A DNA stretch of 32,000 nucleotides from Casimicrobiaceae bacterium (GTDB lineage Bacteria > Pseudomonadota > Gammaproteobacteria > Burkholderiales > Casimicrobiaceae). Shown in pieces: positions 30,125-32,000 of the stretch (position 1 is the first letter of the stretch; each line of letters begins with the position of its first letter). Below the pieces are notes generated by a model. It was given only the letters and a program-made list of their open reading frames with translations. It did no database searches and was not told the DNA's origin. The position numbers were made by a program, and so were the translations under genes. The stretch spans positions 6,703 to 38,702 of the forward strand of contig JAPKHK010000010.1 of the NCBI GenBank assembly GCA_026646885.1, written 5' to 3'.

Positions 30125-32000
30125 TGACCACGGATTTGCAGCGCTTGTCGCAAGTTCTCGATGAGGCGTTGGCGCAGCCGGAGGAAACGCGCCTGGCTTG
30201 GCTCGCCCAGCGCCAGGACCTCGATTCCGCGCTGCGTGACCAAGTGCTGCGCCTGTTGCGCGAAGAAGCCGACTTCGAATTGCCGACGCTGCCGCAGTAT
30301 GCCGATCCTCCAACCGCCGCGGGAGACCTGCCGGGCGCCTGCATCGGACCCTACCGCCTGGTGCGCGAATTGGGCCACGGCGGCATGGGCGCGGTGTGGC
30401 TCGCCGAGCGCGAAGACGGTGTGCTCAAACGGCAAGTGGCGCTCAAGCTGCCGCACGCGAGCTTGCCGCGACGACAACTCACCGAGCGCTTCCATCGCGA
30501 ACGCGACATTCTCGCGAGCCTGGAACACCCGCACATCGCGCGGCTCTACGACGCCGGCGTCACCGCCGATGGCCGGCCATGGCTGGCGATGGAATTCGTT
30601 GCCGGCCGCAATATCGTCGAGCATTGCCGCGAGCAAAACCTCGATTTGCCGGCTCGCCTGCAACTCTTTCTGCAAGTGGCGGGCGCGCTGCAATACGCGC
30701 ACAGCCGCCTGGTCATTCATCGCGATCTCAAACCCAACAACATTCTGGTCACCGACGGCGGCGAAGTTCGTTTGCTCGACTTCGGCATCGCCAAGTTGTT
30801 GCAAGACGAAAGCGTTGCGGCGCACCGCACCGAGCTGACGCAATTCGGCCAGCCGGCGCTCACGCCGCAATACGCCGCGCCCGAGCAGATACTCGGGAAG
30901 TCCGTGGGCACCGGCGCCGATGTGTATGCGCTGGGGCTCGTGCTCTATGAATTGCTGACCGGCGCACTGCCTTACCGCGTGAAGCGCGACACGCGCGGCG
31001 CGCTGGAAGAGGCCATCCTCGAAGCCGAAGTTCAACCCGCCAGCCAGGCGGCGCAAGGCCAAGCCCCTTGGGCGAAGCGCTTGCGCGGCGATCTGGACAC
31101 CATTCTCGCCAAAGCGCTGAAGAAGCAGGCAGAGGAACGTTACGCCACGGTCGCGGCTTTCGCCGAAGATATCGAGCGCTACCGGCAAGGCACGCCGGTG
31201 CTGGCGAGGCCCGACACCAAGGGGTATCGCCTGGGCAAATTCATTCGTCGCCACCGCTGGGGCGCGGCCGCCACCGGAGCGGTGACGGTGGCGCTGGCCG
31301 CGGGTTTCGGCGTCGCGCTGTGGCAGGCCGAAGTGGCGCGCACCGAAGCGCGCACCGCGAAGGCCGTTCAGGATTTCGTAATCGGCATTTTCGTTGCCAA
31401 CTCGGCGCAGCAACCCGATCCGCTCAAGGCCCGCCAAACCACGGCGCGCGAACTGCTCGACATCGCGGTGAGCAAACTCGACGGGGCACTTGCCGAAGCG
31501 CCCGAAGCGAAGAATCGAATGTTGTGGCTGCTGGCGGAGCTGTATTCGCAACTGCTGTTGCCCGAGAAGGCGAAAGACCTCGCCCAACGGCGCCTCGCCT
31601 TGATGCGCGAGATTCAAGGCCCCGACAGCAAGGAACTGGGCGAAGCCTTGGCGACCGCTTCGCTCACCTATCGCAGCGTCTGGATCGACGATCCGGCGCA
31701 GTGGCCGGTTCTGGAAGAGGCTTTGCGCATCTTTTCCCGGGGCAGCACCCGCCACGGCTATTACCCCACCCTGCTGGGTTTCTCGGCGGCGTATTGGATG
31801 GATCGCGACTTTGCCCGCGCACAGCGAGAAGCGCGCGAGGCGGTGCGTCTGAAAGACGCGAAGCTCGATGACTGGGATGCAACTTCGCTTGCCATTGCCG
31901 CGGTGGAAAAAGCGGCCGGCAACCACGCGGGAGCGCGCGACGCCGCGGTTAGCGGCCTGGCCGCGCAAAAGAAACTCGAAGCGCGGCAGGCCGAAGGCAA
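30121..32000 (+). CDS. Ser/Thr protein kinase with one TM segment and a C-terminal TPR-like extracytoplasmic region. It is 3-prime partial and continues beyond the window.
   Basis: Not in the ORF track because it has no stop in the window; I translated it by hand. GPYRLVRELGHGGMGAVWLA, VALKLP (Lys), HRDLKPNNILV, DFGIAK, TPQYAAPEQ. TM segment WGAAATGAVTVALAAGFGVALW. ATGATGA overlap with the sigma gene. Confidence 0.9.
   Translation, partial: MMTTDLQRLSQVLDEALAQPEETRLAWLAQRQDLDSALRDQVLRLLREEADFELPTLPQYADPPTAAGDLPGACIGPYRLVRELGHGGMGAVWLAEREDGVLKRQVALKLPHASLPRRQLTERFHRERDILASLEHPHIARLYDAGVTADGRPWLAMEFVAGRNIVEHCREQNLDLPARLQLFLQVAGALQYAHSRLVIHRDLKPNNILVTDGGEVRLLDFGIAKLLQDESVAAHRTELTQFGQPALTPQYAAPEQILGKSVGTGADVYALGLVLYELLTGALPYRVKRDTRGALEEAILEAEVQPASQAAQGQAPWAKRLRGDLDTILAKALKKQAEERYATVAAFAEDIERYRQGTPVLARPDTKGYRLGKFIRRHRWGAAATGAVTVALAAGFGVALWQAEVARTEARTAKAVQDFVIGIFVANSAQQPDPLKARQTTARELLDIAVSKLDGALAEAPEAKNRMLWLLAELYSQLLLPEKAKDLAQRRLALMREIQGPDSKELGEALATASLTYRSVWIDDPAQWPVLEEALRIFSRGSTRHGYYPTLLGFSAAYWMDRDFARAQREAREAVRLKDAKLDDWDATSLAIAAVEKAAGNHAGARDAAVSGLAAQKKLEARQAEG

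Noticed and set aside
30007-31968. 653-aa ORF on the - strand
   Set aside because: Antisense to the Ser/Thr kinase, whose catalytic motifs (HRDLKPNN, DFG, APE) are unambiguous on the + strand. The + strand ORF is missing from the track only because it has no stop inside the window.

Overview
High-GC proteobacterial chromosome. The gene content looks betaproteobacterial and Rhodocyclales-like, but the organism cannot be identified from sequence alone. I see four blocks.

(1) 1-4918, + strand: housekeeping pilB (5-prime partial)-pilC-pilD-coaE-zapD-yacG.

(2) 4912-18060, - strand: a 13-gene co-directional operon behind a sigma54-type promoter. It encodes anaerobic phenol activation and carboxylation: phenylphosphate synthase ppsABC, phenylphosphate carboxylase ppcB-D-A-C, a third UbiD paralog and UbiX. 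It is extended by an archaeal-type riboflavin kinase homolog, a PNPOx-like flavoprotein, a PaaK-like ligase and a metallophosphatase. A XylR/DmpR-type sigma54 activator is divergently transcribed (18352-20064).

(3) About 20.1-26.9 kb: an accessory, decayed island with visibly more A/T-ending codons. It holds:
- a small secreted protein;
- a Zn-ribbon/wHTH/nucleoside-2-deoxyribosyltransferase-like fusion protein, followed by a compound 14-nt/28-nt tandem repeat array;
- a hypothetical-ORF6N (frameshifted)-KTSC operon;
- two transposase remnants;
- HigB/HigA-like and YefM/YoeB toxin-antitoxin pairs;
- a membrane protein.

(4) 26.9-32 kb: a Tat/lipobox Acg-type nitroreductase, an exported MORN/YwqK-repeat protein, a small membrane protein, and an ECF sigma factor translationally coupled to a Ser/Thr kinase that runs off the window.

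I saw no rRNA, tRNA or CRISPR array. The long ORFs lying opposite the real genes are high-GC shadow ORFs.

The two most interesting items are the Zn-ribbon-wHTH-NDT-like gene with its adjacent repeat array (candidate nucleotide-targeting conflict system) and the flavin/prFMN-supply-like gene pair appended to the UbiD/UbiX phenol operon. All functional calls rest on motif recognition by eye and on recalled family knowledge. No database search was run.
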